A stretch of DNA of 64,000 nucleotides from Blastocatellia bacterium (GTDB lineage Bacteria; Acidobacteriota; Blastocatellia; RBC074). Both the position numbers and the translations under genes were made by a program. The stretch is from the NCBI GenBank assembly GCA_043736395.1, contig JAYTCQ010000354.1, forward strand, positions 3,723-67,722, given 5' to 3'. The notes under the pieces are model-generated. The model had not been told where the DNA came from. It saw only the letters and a list, made by a program, of their open reading frames with translations, and did no database searches. Below are positions 19,753 to 29,969 of this stretch, one piece after another (the first letter of the stretch is position 1; each line of letters starts with the position of its first letter).

Positions 19753-22700
19753 CTAGAATTCATAGCGCAAAGCAAACTGCATGATTCTTGCTGCTGTAGT
19801 TTCGCCAAACGGTTTCTGAGTTGAAGTGAGATTTCCAAACGACGCCGTTGGCGTTCCGCCAGCACCGCCCAAATATGGGTCAAGACCGAGAGCGAAAGTG
19901 TTGCCTAATACAGTAGTCAGTCTTTGCGTGTTGGTTGCGTTAAATACCTCCCAACGGAATTGCAATTTGTGGTTCTCGCTGTAAGGCATCTTGAAAGACT
20001 TGGAAAGACCGAAATCAAGAGAGACAAATCCGGGGTAACGAAGTAAATTTCGGTTCCCCGTTTCACCAGCACGTGGGCTACGATAGCTTTGATACGCATA
20101 GGTTGGATCACTGAAAAGATTCGGTGCCAGTGTTCCGCCACGAGTCGCCGAAGTCTTCAGGTCTCTCACCTGCACACCATAGCTACGAATATTCCAATTA
20201 GTCGCCCAGCCATTGTTGTCGAATGGATCAACTACTGGAAGTCCACTCGTATAACGATAGATGGTGCTTAACTGCCAGCCACCGATAATATAGTCAGCCG
20301 CAGTATTGGCATTTCCAAGCAGGGACTTGCCTTTGCCAAACGGCAGTTCCCAAACCGAATTGAAGTTAATAATATGACGAACATCAAAATCGGAAACTGA
20401 ACGATTGTCGCGCTGGCGCAGCGGGTTCAGGATGAAAGCTGCGCCGTATACACCACTGGTTTGCAACCCTGACGCATCGTCAAAGGATTTCGAGAAAGTA
20501 TAGTTTAGATCCCAGATTAGTGATTTAAATCGCTGACGAATACTCAGCGACCCACCGTTGTAATCTGAACTTCCAATCGTACCGTAAGCCGATAATGCGC
20601 CATATTGACGGCTGTAAAACAGTCGTGCACCACTTCCCGAGTCAAGTGCGTCCTGCAACGAAGTCCAGTCGGTGCCGTACCCTAAACAGCCATCGGCCAA
20701 AGCACCACAGCCAGGTGAATTAACAGACATCATCGCGTAAGCAGCCTGCGTGTTGGACAATCCCGCCCCAACGTAATCGGTGCCATTGTAACCGTCAACT
20801 GCGGATGCGACTTTCCCCTTAGCATATAAGTTGTCGAAGAAGGGTAGGTTGGGGATTTGCGAGAGTGGCGTATTCTTAATACGCAAATCTTGCAGGATGC
20901 CAGCGGCAGTATACCAATCCTGTCCTGACTTCGGATCAACGATATTGTTGACAGCCATTACGTCACGAGTGGCAAGCAGTTTGCGAGCCTTACGACCGAT
21001 GTAAGAGGCTTCAACTGCTAAGCCTCCAGGTAACAGACGGCTATACGTAAAGTTCCAAACATAATTGATCGGCGACTGTAGATTGGTATCAAGAGAGCCT
21101 TCGATGCGGCGGCGATCATCCAACGGCTGTTGTTTTGGGAAGACCAAATCGCCGGGAACAACAACGTTCGGCAGCGTGCGAATCGGCTGACCTAAACCAG
21201 TAAAGAGCGGAGCGGGATTGGTGGTTACATTGTAAGTATTCGCTGAGATAGTATAGCTAGACTGGAATCCCAAAACGTTGTTGCCATCGAAATTGAGTGC
21301 CAGCCTTTGACCGAAATAGTCATTAGTGATAGCGAATCCACCACGGAAGGTGGACGCACCGTCTTTCCCAAAAATTTTGGACAAGAATCCATCTCTGAAC
21401 TTCGGATTCCAGGCAGCGGCGACACGTGGCTGAAAGTTATTTTTGTCCCACTTGTAAAATCCAGAGGCATTATTTGCCGGGCCAGATAGTTGAATAGAAA
21501 TTGGGTCGGTGTAGTTAACGCCCAGCTTGGCGGCAGCGATACGCTTGTTCAAATAATCTTCCAATCCGACATTTGGCGAAGTCTGAAATCCCTGAGTTTC
21601 ATAAACCGGACGGCTTAAACCGTAACGCAGACCATATGTCAACGTCAGGTTTGAGCGCAAATGCCAGACATCCTGACCATACGTATCATATTCTTCGGTA
21701 GCGAATTCGCGTACCGCCGGACTACCAGCCGTTAGAGGTTTACCGTTAAGTCCGAAGTTGAAGACTGCTGAATACTGTGAAAGTCGTCCAATAACCTGTG
21801 CCAACGCAATCCTCGTATTATTAACCCAGTCTGAACGAATTGCTGTTCCCGCAGGCAGGTTGAGTAAGCCAGGCAAAGAAGCGTTGATCGGTGCACTCAA
21901 AACTGAACCAGAACCAGAGTAGAATGAGTGGTTGGCGATTCCATTGTCAAAAGCTGGCGCGAAGTTAGTACGCTTGTTGCGAATCAAACGGATGTTAGTC
22001 CCGAAATCCAAACTATGGTTATTGCTTGGACGCCAGTTGAGATTGTCAGTGAAGTTGTGAACCGGAGTCACACGGTTAATTGTGCGTACATACGCCCGGT
22101 CGGAAAACGTTTGACGAAAGGTGACAGCGTTGACTGATGAATCGCCCTGAATGCTAAGGGCATCGCGGGTCACACCATAGCGAAAGTCATTGATCAGATT
22201 TGTACCAGCCCGGATATACCCAACGGCAAAAGCTTTTGGATGACTCCATTGAGCCTGTGTCGGCGTGTCAGGAAACTGCTGAGCCGTGACAAAAGTGTCG
22301 TTCTGATAGTTGCCACGAACGAAAAATGTATGAGCATCACTTGGTTTGAAATCAAGGCGCGTGGTGTGCGCACCAAGTCTGGCTGGTTGTGATTGATTGA
22401 AGCGAAACCCGCCAGTGTTGAGACCATCACCAACGGTATTATCGTTAGACGGATAACGTTGCGCAGCAGATGCGAATATCGCCAGTGCGGCAGGGTTTAC
22501 ATCAACAACTGCTGTGCCAGCAGGTGTACCACTGGAGGTCAACCCGTTGATTTGTGCTGCCGTCAGCGTAACCAATTGACCGTTTGTCGCAAAGAATTTC
22601 ACTTCGCCGCGTCCCAGACTAGCCAACGGAACTGTTTGCACGACACTGGTTCCTTTGGCATCGCGTCGTCCTTCATAGTTGTAAAAAAAGAAGGCTTTTT

Positions 22701-23601
22701 CTTTGATTGTTGATGCCCCACCTTCACCAAATCTTGGTAAGGAGAGCGGCCCACCCAGTGATCCTCCGAAATTATTTCGGATCAGCTTCGGGCGCGCCAC
22801 ACCACTACGGTTGTTGAAGAAATCGTTCGCTGTCGTCGCGGTGTTACGGTGATATTCATAAAGATTGCCGTGAAATTGATTAGTGCCACTTTTGGTAATG
22901 AAACCGACTTGAGCGCCAGACGAACGACCTTGCGTTGAGTTGCCATTAACCGTGGTAACCCGAAACTCTTCGACAGTGTCCTGGCTGACGCGAATCACAG
23001 GACTAAAGGCAGTGCCGTCCTGCTGGTCGTTCGCATCAACACCATCAATTGTTAGATTTGCCTGGTCACTGCGACCACCAGCAACATAACCACTAGATGT
23101 CACACCTGGTTGGAGACTCAATAAATTGCCAACATTGCGGGCGTTCAGTGGAAGTTGAAGAATCTGCTTAGAAACAAAGTTATTACCAAGACTAGCGTCC
23201 TGGGTATTAATAATATTCTCAACTCCTGAGGCTGTAACTGTAACACTCTCCGAAACTTCACCTGCCTCTAAAGCGACAGCAACGGTGACACGATTATCAA
23301 CAAGTGCCTGCACTTGAGTTAAAACAGCCTTTTTAAAACCTTTAGCTTCTACTTCGAGAGTATATGAACCGGGCGGAATAACAGTGAAAAGATAATTACC
23401 TGATGAATCGGAAGTAGTCGTGCGGCTAAAATTCCGCGCTCCATCTTTTAGGGTCACAGTCGCACCAGAAATAGCGGCCTGCGATGGATCTGTTATTGTA
23501 CCGCCAACCGTTGATGACCCGGTTTGTGCGAAAGTAATTATCGAAAAAAACAAAGCAACGGGAAGTGAAAGCATAACTTTCACAAATAATTTTTTAACCA
23601 C
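19753..23601 (-). CDS. TonB-dependent outer-membrane receptor with N-terminal carboxypeptidase-regulatory-like (CarboxypepD_reg) domain (Oar-like).
   Basis: 1282 aa; signal peptide; N-terminal 'GTITDPSQAAISGATVTLKDGARNFSRTTTSDSSGNYLFTVIPPGSYTLEVEAKGF'; plug-like region; beta-barrel-length body ending in '...RYEF' (C-terminal aromatic). Confidence 0.7.
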   Translation of the reverse strand: MVKKLFVKVMLSLPVALFFSIITFAQTGSSTVGGTITDPSQAAISGATVTLKDGARNFSRTTTSDSSGNYLFTVIPPGSYTLEVEAKGFKKAVLTQVQALVDNRVTVAVALEAGEVSESVTVTASGVENIINTQDASLGNNFVSKQILQLPLNARNVGNLLSLQPGVTSSGYVAGGRSDQANLTIDGVDANDQQDGTAFSPVIRVSQDTVEEFRVTTVNGNSTQGRSSGAQVGFITKSGTNQFHGNLYEYHRNTATTANDFFNNRSGVARPKLIRNNFGGSLGGPLSLPRFGEGGASTIKEKAFFFYNYEGRRDAKGTSVVQTVPLASLGRGEVKFFATNGQLVTLTAAQINGLTSSGTPAGTAVVDVNPAALAIFASAAQRYPSNDNTVGDGLNTGGFRFNQSQPARLGAHTTRLDFKPSDAHTFFVRGNYQNDTFVTAQQFPDTPTQAQWSHPKAFAVGYIRAGTNLINDFRYGVTRDALSIQGDSSVNAVTFRQTFSDRAYVRTINRVTPVHNFTDNLNWRPSNNHSLDFGTNIRLIRNKRTNFAPAFDNGIANHSFYSGSGSVLSAPINASLPGLLNLPAGTAIRSDWVNNTRIALAQVIGRLSQYSAVFNFGLNGKPLTAGSPAVREFATEEYDTYGQDVWHLRSNLTLTYGLRYGLSRPVYETQGFQTSPNVGLEDYLNKRIAAAKLGVNYTDPISIQLSGPANNASGFYKWDKNNFQPRVAAAWNPKFRDGFLSKIFGKDGASTFRGGFAITNDYFGQRLALNFDGNNVLGFQSSYTISANTYNVTTNPAPLFTGLGQPIRTLPNVVVPGDLVFPKQQPLDDRRRIEGSLDTNLQSPINYVWNFTYSRLLPGGLAVEASYIGRKARKLLATRDVMAVNNIVDPKSGQDWYTAAGILQDLRIKNTPLSQIPNLPFFDNLYAKGKVASAVDGYNGTDYVGAGLSNTQAAYAMMSVNSPGCGALADGCLGYGTDWTSLQDALDSGSGARLFYSRQYGALSAYGTIGSSDYNGGSLSIRQRFKSLIWDLNYTFSKSFDDASGLQTSGVYGAAFILNPLRQRDNRSVSDFDVRHIINFNSVWELPFGKGKSLLGNANTAADYIIGGWQLSTIYRYTSGLPVVDPFDNNGWATNWNIRSYGVQVRDLKTSATRGGTLAPNLFSDPTYAYQSYRSPRAGETGNRNLLRYPGFVSLDFGLSKSFKMPYSENHKLQFRWEVFNATNTQRLTTVLGNTFALGLDPYLGGAGGTPTASFGNLTSTQKPFGETTAARIMQFALRYEF

Positions 23602-24159
23602 GGGAATCCTCCTGATAGTTGGCTGCGAACTGAACTCCTCGATTGGGATTGTGAGTCATGGCTCATTGATCTAGCTGCAAACCAATAAAACTTTTTCTAA
23701 TTTTTAATAATACTAAAGTAGGGCGATGGAAAACTTTCTAAAGGCAAGAATTATGCCTCTAGTCGCAATGAACTTTATTTTCCTGAACTCCATTTATATC
23801 AATTTCATCAAGTGACTCAATTTATTGGAGTTCTTAATTTGCAAAACTAAAAAGTATTAAATTAATTTATTTAGAAGATTGGTTTTATACTTCAGATTTT
23901 TGGAGGATATTCAGATTTTCGGAGAGATAATCGTAAGGCTTTTCTGAAAAAAGTATTTGTAATTTTAATTTTAAGGAATGATCTGACTGAGTTTTGATGC
24001 TTCAAATAAGGTCGCCGCGTGATGTACTCTGAAAGAAATCCTTCAGCCCCCTTTTCGTACATCCCCGCGGCGCTTATTCCCAATACAATCAGCGATTGAT
24101 TGCCGGGAAATTCGTTACGCTATGACTACGACTTAAAAGTAGTCTCAGCATTTAATCTC

Positions 24160-24618
24160 TTAATATCTCGGTCGGTTATTGCGGTTATTCCCCCAATCGC
24201 CCCAGTTTCCCCAGCCGCCACCATTATTACCGCGTCGGTTATTGTCGCGTCGGTCATTATAACGATCACGATCATAGGCATCCCGATAACCACGCTCGAA
24301 ACCTTTTCGGAATCCATCTTTATAAGCTCCATCGTGCTTAAATTCTCCGCGATAGCCGACTAGCCCGAACTTATAATCACCGTCGCGCTTGTAATCGAGT
24401 TTATAACCGCTCCGCGCATCTCTTGATCCGGCACGGCTACCCATTTCATAGCCACGTCGCGCGCCCATATCTCGGATTTCATCTTTGCTATAACGACGAT
24501 ATTCGCGGCGATCATCACGACCATAATCTCGATCATAATCACGCTGTTTAGCGAAGGTGGACGAAGTCAATCCGATAAATAAAACTGTGATAACTGAAAG
24601 TATTAATTGACGCTTCAT
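24160..24618 (-). CDS. Small secreted low-complexity protein rich in Arg/Asp/Tyr/Gly with a C-terminal 'GGGWGNWGDWGNN' motif.
   Basis: Start at internal ATG (MKRQLILSVITVLFIGLTSSTFA signal peptide) with GGAG RBS; about 45% R+D+Y+G; no known domain. Confidence 0.45.
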   Translation of the reverse strand: MKRQLILSVITVLFIGLTSSTFAKQRDYDRDYGRDDRREYRRYSKDEIRDMGARRGYEMGSRAGSRDARSGYKLDYKRDGDYKFGLVGYRGEFKHDGAYKDGFRKGFERGYRDAYDRDRYNDRRDNNRRGNNGGGWGNWGDWGNNRNNRPRY

Positions 24619-24940
24619 AACTATTTCTCCTCTCTGGTTAACTTGATTTTCATCAAGGGACACCATGGTAGTTATCAAGCCTTGTGCCACAGCTTTTATA
24701 CCTTCAGCCAGCAACACTTAAACTATTGATAAAGATAGAATTAGAGCTACTATCAGACATTTCAATATAGCTCAGCATCCTTTCTGATTCATACCAATCT
24801 GTAGAGCGATTTGACGTTTTGGTGTAGTCCTGATCGTGCTTCTGTTGGAAAGCCAAAAGTTTGACAAGGCATAACTCATCTGTTAGCTTGAACCCTTTAT
24901 TTTCTGGGATGTTTATTGCGATGAGAGTTGTAAATTACTT

Positions 24941-25948
24941 ATGAATCAGGCTGTACATCAACCGGACTGGTCGCAGTCTCGTTTCATAATGTTAGGTTGC
25001 CTGCTGGCGATTACGATGTTCGTCAGCTCGTGCGCGAATCTCGTCAAGTACAAAGACTACACCATCGCGCAGCCACTGACGCCAATCGCTGATGCCAATC
25101 TGGATGCATTAATAGCTCAGCTCAAACCATTTCTCGAAATTGATTCAATGCGCGCGACACGGATTTCCATGAAGTTCATAGATGTTGCCGCTTCCGAGCG
25201 ATTCCGGGGCGCGGCTGACGCGACGTTAGTGATGAAACGACCGGAAAATATTCGGCTGATTATTCAGGTTCCGGTGGCGAAAACGAAGCTTGCTGAAATG
25301 GTTTCCGATGAGGAACATTTCAAGGTAGCAGTCTACTACGACAAATATAAGCGGTTTTTACTGGGCACGAACAAGGCTGATTATACAGCCTGGCGAACAC
25401 AGCTTGAAGGCAACAAAGAAGCGCAACAATCCGCTTTCATTAATGCTCGCCCTTTTCATTTTTCAGATGCGTTTCTGGTACAGCCTTTGCATTTGGGTAA
25501 AGAGGGATTTGTCCTGAGCGTTCAGGAGGAGCTGGTCGAGGAAGCCGACACACGACCAAACGCCAAAAAATCCGCCCGGGTTTTACGCAGTTTTTATGTT
25601 GTAGCAGAAATGGAAATCACTGATAAAGCTAGAAATATTGCGGTTTTAAGGCGACGCTTCTGGTTTGATCGCAACGAAAATTTGCACCTGCGACGACAAC
25701 AGGTTTTTGATAATAGTGGGAAAATTGTGACCGATGTCCGATATACAAATTATTTAAAGCTTGATTCCAATAGTCCGATTTTACGTCCAAGTGTCGTCGA
25801 AGTCCGACGCCCATATGACAAATACTCAGCAGAATTGAATTTCTTAACGGACAGCACGGAGTTCAATGTTGAAGATTTACCGGCGACAGCTTTTATTTTA
25901 GAAAACGATCAAAAATTGCCGGAAACAGACTTAGATAAACGCCCCTAA
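24941..25948 (+). CDS. Putative lipoprotein (first gene of a Lol-like ABC locus).
   Basis: N-terminal signal with 'VSSCANL' lipobox; no catalytic motifs. Confidence 0.45.
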   Translation: MNQAVHQPDWSQSRFIMLGCLLAITMFVSSCANLVKYKDYTIAQPLTPIADANLDALIAQLKPFLEIDSMRATRISMKFIDVAASERFRGAADATLVMKRPENIRLIIQVPVAKTKLAEMVSDEEHFKVAVYYDKYKRFLLGTNKADYTAWRTQLEGNKEAQQSAFINARPFHFSDAFLVQPLHLGKEGFVLSVQEELVEEADTRPNAKKSARVLRSFYVVAEMEITDKARNIAVLRRRFWFDRNENLHLRRQQVFDNSGKIVTDVRYTNYLKLDSNSPILRPSVVEVRRPYDKYSAELNFLTDSTEFNVEDLPATAFILENDQKLPETDLDKRP

Positions 25949-25949
25949 A

Positions 25950-27044
25950 ATGGATAGTTTGATACTTGCCAATATTCGCCAACGACCTACCCGCACACTC
26001 GTCAGTGTGATCGGCGTAGCTCTCGGCGTTGTGCTAATCCTCGTCAACACAGGACTGGTACGCGGCATGATTAATGATCGTTCCAAGCGTGAACGCGGTG
26101 TTGGAGCTGAAATTAACTTCACCCGCCCTGGTGGAACAGATATTCTTTCATCTTCGGGGCTACAGCTTGATGTTCGATACGTTGATCGCATCAGCAAAAT
26201 TCCCGGCGTGAAAATTGCAACTCCGATTGGCAAATATTTACAAAAAGGAAGCAGCGGACTTGGATTAGAAATGGTGGACGGGATTGATTTCGCTGGATAT
26301 TCCGCGATGAGCGGAATCCAAATCGTTGAAGGTCGCTTATTTCAAGCGGAAGATGAAATTATTATTGATGATTTCAAAGCAAAAAAGAGTAAGGCTACGG
26401 TCGGAAGCACGATTGAGGTATTCGGCAAACAACTAAAGGTTGCCGGCATCTACGCTCCTGAATCCGGTGCGCGCGTCAAGATGGCACTCTCCTCGCTGCA
26501 AAATTATTTGAGTTCTCCGAATAAATGTTCTTACGTGGCTGTCAAATGCGCTGATCCTGAAAAACAAGAAGAACTGCAAAAACAAATCAATGCAGAATTG
26601 CCTGGAAATAGAGTTCAATTAATGCGTGATTTGCCCGGCTTTGAACGTGGGATTCCTGGTCTTGATGGATTTATCAAAACGATCATGGTGCTGTCAACGA
26701 TTGTGAGTTCGCTGGTAATTTTGCTGGCGATGTACACAACGATCACGGAACGGACGCGAGAAATCGGAGTCCTGAAATCGCTCGGTGCGTCCAAGCGATT
26801 TATCATTGGCATCATCGAAAAAGAAGCGATCACGATTAGCTTAATCGGCGTCGTAGTCGGCATCGTTGTTGCCTACATTATTGGATGGGGCATTCGTTCG
26901 GCGACGACGCTGCACGTTGAATTTCAACTGTCGTGGATTTTAATTGCGGCGGGCATCGGATTAGCAGCTGGCATTGGCGGCGCATTTTATCCCGCTGTCC
27001 GTGCTGCCAATCAGGATGCGGTCAAAGCGTTGTCTTACGAATAA
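25950..27044 (+). CDS. ABC transporter permease, FtsX family (LolC/E or MacB-type).
   Basis: N-terminal TM, large periplasmic domain, C-terminal 3 TM with 'GVLKSLGAS' FtsX motif. Confidence 0.75.
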   Translation: MDSLILANIRQRPTRTLVSVIGVALGVVLILVNTGLVRGMINDRSKRERGVGAEINFTRPGGTDILSSSGLQLDVRYVDRISKIPGVKIATPIGKYLQKGSSGLGLEMVDGIDFAGYSAMSGIQIVEGRLFQAEDEIIIDDFKAKKSKATVGSTIEVFGKQLKVAGIYAPESGARVKMALSSLQNYLSSPNKCSYVAVKCADPEKQEELQKQINAELPGNRVQLMRDLPGFERGIPGLDGFIKTIMVLSTIVSSLVILLAMYTTITERTREIGVLKSLGASKRFIIGIIEKEAITISLIGVVVGIVVAYIIGWGIRSATTLHVEFQLSWILIAAGIGLAAGIGGAFYPAVRAANQDAVKALSYE

Positions 27045-27052
27045 TCTTCTTT

Positions 27053-27727
27053 ATGGCAATTTTGCAAACAGAAAATCTGGTGATGACGTACCGCGTCGGA
27101 AAAGTTGAGGTGCCTGCTTTACGTGGCGTTAATCTCGCTGTCGAAAAAGGTGAATTCATTTCGATTATGGGACATTCGGGCAGCGGCAAATCTACAATGC
27201 TGCATATTCTCGGCGGTTTGCTCAAACCCACGAGCGGAAAAGTTCTCGTGGATGGTGAAGATTTAGCTGCTGTCGGAGATGCGCAACGAACAGATATTCG
27301 TCGCCGCAAAATTGGCTTTGTGTTTCAGCGATTTAATTTATTTCCAACCCTCACAGCGGAAGGAAATTTAAAATTAGCGGAGACCATCCATGGAGCTGAG
27401 TCCAATGGCAATGGCGAGTTACGCCACGAAGTCTTGCGATTACTGAAATTAGAAAATAAAATGCAGCACAAGCCTTTAGAATTATCTGGCGGAGAGCAAC
27501 AGCGCGTAGCGATTGCACGTGCGGTCATCAATCGTCCGGCGATAATTTTAGCTGATGAACCGACCGGCAATCTGGATTCGGAAAATTCCGACATCGTGCT
27601 GAATATGCTGCAACAATTGAACCGCGATTTGGGACAGACGATTGTGATGATTACGCATAATCCCGAAGCGGCAGAAGTGGCCGGACGAAAAGTATTGATG
27701 CGCGACGGACAAATTGTAAGCAACTAA
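27053..27727 (+). CDS. ABC transporter ATP-binding protein (LolD/MacB-type).
   Basis: Start at internal [13 protein letters not shown]...; Walker A 'GHSGSGKST', signature '[14 protein letters not shown]', Walker B '[11 protein letters not shown]'. Confidence 0.85.
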   Translation: MAILQTENLVMTYRVGKVEVPALRGVNLAVEKGEFISIMGHSGSGKSTMLHILGGLLKPTSGKVLVDGEDLAAVGDAQRTDIRRRKIGFVFQRFNLFPTLTAEGNLKLAETIHGAESNGNGELRHEVLRLLKLENKMQHKPLELSGGEQQRVAIARAVINRPAIILADEPTGNLDSENSDIVLNMLQQLNRDLGQTIVMITHNPEAAEVAGRKVLMRDGQIVSN

Positions 27728-27761
27728 TTGATCGCGCACGACGTCATAAGGTAGTACTGCT

Positions 27762-28130
27762 ATGAAAAAGCTGCGAGAAACTCTCAAGAATATTATTTGC
27801 TGGTCTTACGAACGTACGACATGGCAATATGACTTACTGGTCGTGCTGATTATCGCCACGGTAATTTTTGTTCCCAGCCGATTTTTCGGAGACCGTGACC
27901 GTCCCCTTAGAACTCCCAACGAAGAGGTTAGACGTTGGAGCATCGAATCCAATCGCATTGATAAATTTGCAGCCAAAAATGGAACGGCTGACAAATTGAA
28001 AAATGACCCTAAAGAAGTCGTGCAGCTTTATCTGCGCGAATTCATTCGCCCTGACATCCTCGTTGAGCATTGCTCAATCGAAATGGATGCGGTCGGCAAA
28101 GTAACTGGTTATAGTGTTCGGTTTCAGTAA
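27762..28130 (+). CDS. Hypothetical small membrane protein.
   Basis: One TM helix (LLVVLIIATVIFV); no motifs. Confidence 0.3.
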   Translation: MKKLRETLKNIICWSYERTTWQYDLLVVLIIATVIFVPSRFFGDRDRPLRTPNEEVRRWSIESNRIDKFAAKNGTADKLKNDPKEVVQLYLREFIRPDILVEHCSIEMDAVGKVTGYSVRFQ

Positions 28131-28214
28131 CCGCAGCACTTTTAATAGCGGCGAAATATTTTTTTGCCTGACGCAAAAGAAGAATGCGTAGTTTTTACTT
28201 GGAGATTATACGAA

Positions 28215-28922
28215 ATGATAAAACGTAGTATTAGTTTAGTGATCATCTTAACTTTAGTGATGGCATCCTTTGGAAATTACAAAAATACGGAAGCCAAAGC
28301 TGGTGGACAATTACTCACCGGAATTTTATCAAAGATGCAGACCGCCCATCGCGGACTGCGTTCGATGCGTACTTCGATCACTCAACAACGTCGCAATCCG
28401 CAGATTGGTTCAACCGATACTGATTACGGAACATTGATTTATAAACCCGGCGGCAAGGGTAACAGCCGTCTGCGCATTGATTACACTAAGCCCGATCAAA
28501 AAAGCGTTTCCGTCATCGGAGAAAGCCTGGTGTTTTATCAACCAAGAATTAATCAGGTTTTCAAATCTACTTTATCAAAAGCAGCAAAAGGTAAAACCGG
28601 AAGCTACGCCGGATTAATCGGGTTGGATAGTTCACTGGAATCTTTGACTAGAGAATATAACGTCGAGTACGTTAAAGATGTCCTCGTCAACGGCAAAGAA
28701 ACTTCGCTGTTAAGCCTGACACCAAAAGGTAGTAGCCCATTCAGCAAAGTTGAATTATGGGTAAGCAACGAATTCTGGCTGCCCGTGCAATACCAAATGT
28801 ATGAGCGCAATGGCGATTCGACGTTGGTGAAATTTACTGGCATGGAAGTCAACCCCAGCATTAACGAAACTGCTTTCAAAATCAGTTATCCATCCAGCGC
28901 CAAACTGGTTGATAAGCTGTAA
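28215..28922 (+). CDS. LolA-like outer-membrane lipoprotein carrier / DUF4367-type protein.
   Basis: Start at internal ATG (MIKRSISLVIILTLVMA signal) after GGAG; beta-rich, with LolA-like '...LVFYQP...VELWVSNEFWLPVQYQMYE'. Confidence 0.5.
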   Translation: MIKRSISLVIILTLVMASFGNYKNTEAKAGGQLLTGILSKMQTAHRGLRSMRTSITQQRRNPQIGSTDTDYGTLIYKPGGKGNSRLRIDYTKPDQKSVSVIGESLVFYQPRINQVFKSTLSKAAKGKTGSYAGLIGLDSSLESLTREYNVEYVKDVLVNGKETSLLSLTPKGSSPFSKVELWVSNEFWLPVQYQMYERNGDSTLVKFTGMEVNPSINETAFKISYPSSAKLVDKL

Positions 28923-28944
28923 GCGAAAAAATAATAAGTAAAAA

Positions 28945-28985
28945 TAAAAGGCTGAAGATTTTATCTTCAGCCTTTTATTTTTATC
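28945..28985. terminator. Bidirectional rho-independent terminator (between the LolA-like gene and the end of the gvp cluster).
   Basis: aaaaGGCTGAAGATtttaTCTTCAGCCttttattttt. Confidence 0.65.
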
Positions 28986-29007
28986 CTTACTGAAAAAATT
29001 CTGCACT

Positions 29008-29337
29008 TTATGCTGTTGCACTATTTTTTTGCAGAAGGGCTTCAAGCCTTTCCATGCGCTCCTCAATTTTCGTGAGAGTGCTCGCGTCGGCAGGCGGTAA
29101 TGATTTTTGCGCACTAAAAATAGGATGATTCACCCACCAGTCCATTCCCATTTCCTGGGCTTTATCAACGGAGCAAATCACCAGGCGAATTTGAATGGTA
29201 AGCAGTTCAACATCCGCCAAATTTACTTTTATGTCACCGGCAATCACGATGCCTTTGTCCAGAACACGTTCCAGAACATCAGCGAGAGTTGAACTGTTGA
29301 CGGCGTGCGTCATTGTACTATTTCGTGGTTGTATCAT
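29008..29337 (-). CDS. gvpJ: Gas vesicle protein, GvpA/J/M family (GvpJ-like with C-terminal extension).
   Basis: 'LADVLERVLDKGIVIAGDIKVNLADVELLTIQIRLVICSV' hallmark GvpA-family core; GGAG RBS. Confidence 0.8.
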   Translation of the reverse strand: MIQPRNSTMTHAVNSSTLADVLERVLDKGIVIAGDIKVNLADVELLTIQIRLVICSVDKAQEMGMDWWVNHPIFSAQKSLPPADASTLTKIEERMERLEALLQKNSATA

Positions 29338-29360
29338 TTTTTCTCCTGCACCTTTTGAGG

Positions 29361-29723
29361 CTAAAGCAATTTTCCGAGTGGTCCCAAATCCAGATTGAGG
29401 TCTTCTGGTTGTAATCCAAATTCCAAACGCAGCTTGTCAATTTCCTGCGTCTGCCGCATCAACGCTACGCCAAGGCGTTCAATACTTTCATCGTCTAATG
29501 TTTCCGATTCGATGCGCCGAATGGCTTGTCGTTCTAACAATTCATGCAAAAGCTTGATGATCGTTAACGCCAATCGTCCCAGCCCATTTTTCACATTTTT
29601 TTCGTCAAGTTCCAATCGTGAATTGCTGCCCAGACCCGAAAATAAATTCTTATCTGCCTGCAAAATACGAGCAAAGTCGCTAACAGTATCGGCGGTAGCA
29701 ATTGATGATATTTCAGAATTCAT
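29361..29723 (-). CDS. gvpK: Gas vesicle protein K.
   Basis: 'GLGRLALTIIKLLHELLERQAIRRIE' conserved GvpK core. Confidence 0.8.
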   Translation of the reverse strand: MNSEISSIATADTVSDFARILQADKNLFSGLGSNSRLELDEKNVKNGLGRLALTIIKLLHELLERQAIRRIESETLDDESIERLGVALMRQTQEIDKLRLEFGLQPEDLNLDLGPLGKLL

Positions 29724-29735
29724 TTGTCTTTTCCT

Positions 29736-29969
29736 TTACTCAATGGTTGATTGCACCTTTAAGGCTCGACCACCTTCAACTGAAGTCAGAACCAGTTGTA
29801 ATCCCAAGTAAATCAAATCTACATTCGCGACTGAAATTGTGACTTCGCCCACCACGACTGCGCCTTTATTCAATACACGATCAAGCACTTCGCACAGTGA
29901 AACATTTCCCTGCTCGTTCAGTGCTAAATTCGAAGCCAAAGCCGTTGTGTTGTAATTTTCAAAATTCAT
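29736..29969 (-). CDS. Small GvpA-family protein (GvpS/GvpM-like second structural homolog).
   Basis: 'SLCEVLDRVLNKGAVVVGEVTISVANVDLIYLGLQLVLTSVE'; its start abuts the ArsA-like stop codon. Confidence 0.7.
   Translation of the reverse strand: MNFENYNTTALASNLALNEQGNVSLCEVLDRVLNKGAVVVGEVTISVANVDLIYLGLQLVLTSVEGGRALKVQSTIE

Noticed and set aside
24100-24542. Plus- and minus-strand ORFs (24100-24363 +, 24126-24332 -, 24360-24542 -) overlapping the RD-rich gene.
   Set aside because: These are alternative frames of the same repetitive CG(A/T)-rich DNA. Only the frame with signal peptide + RBS (24160-24618) is coherent.
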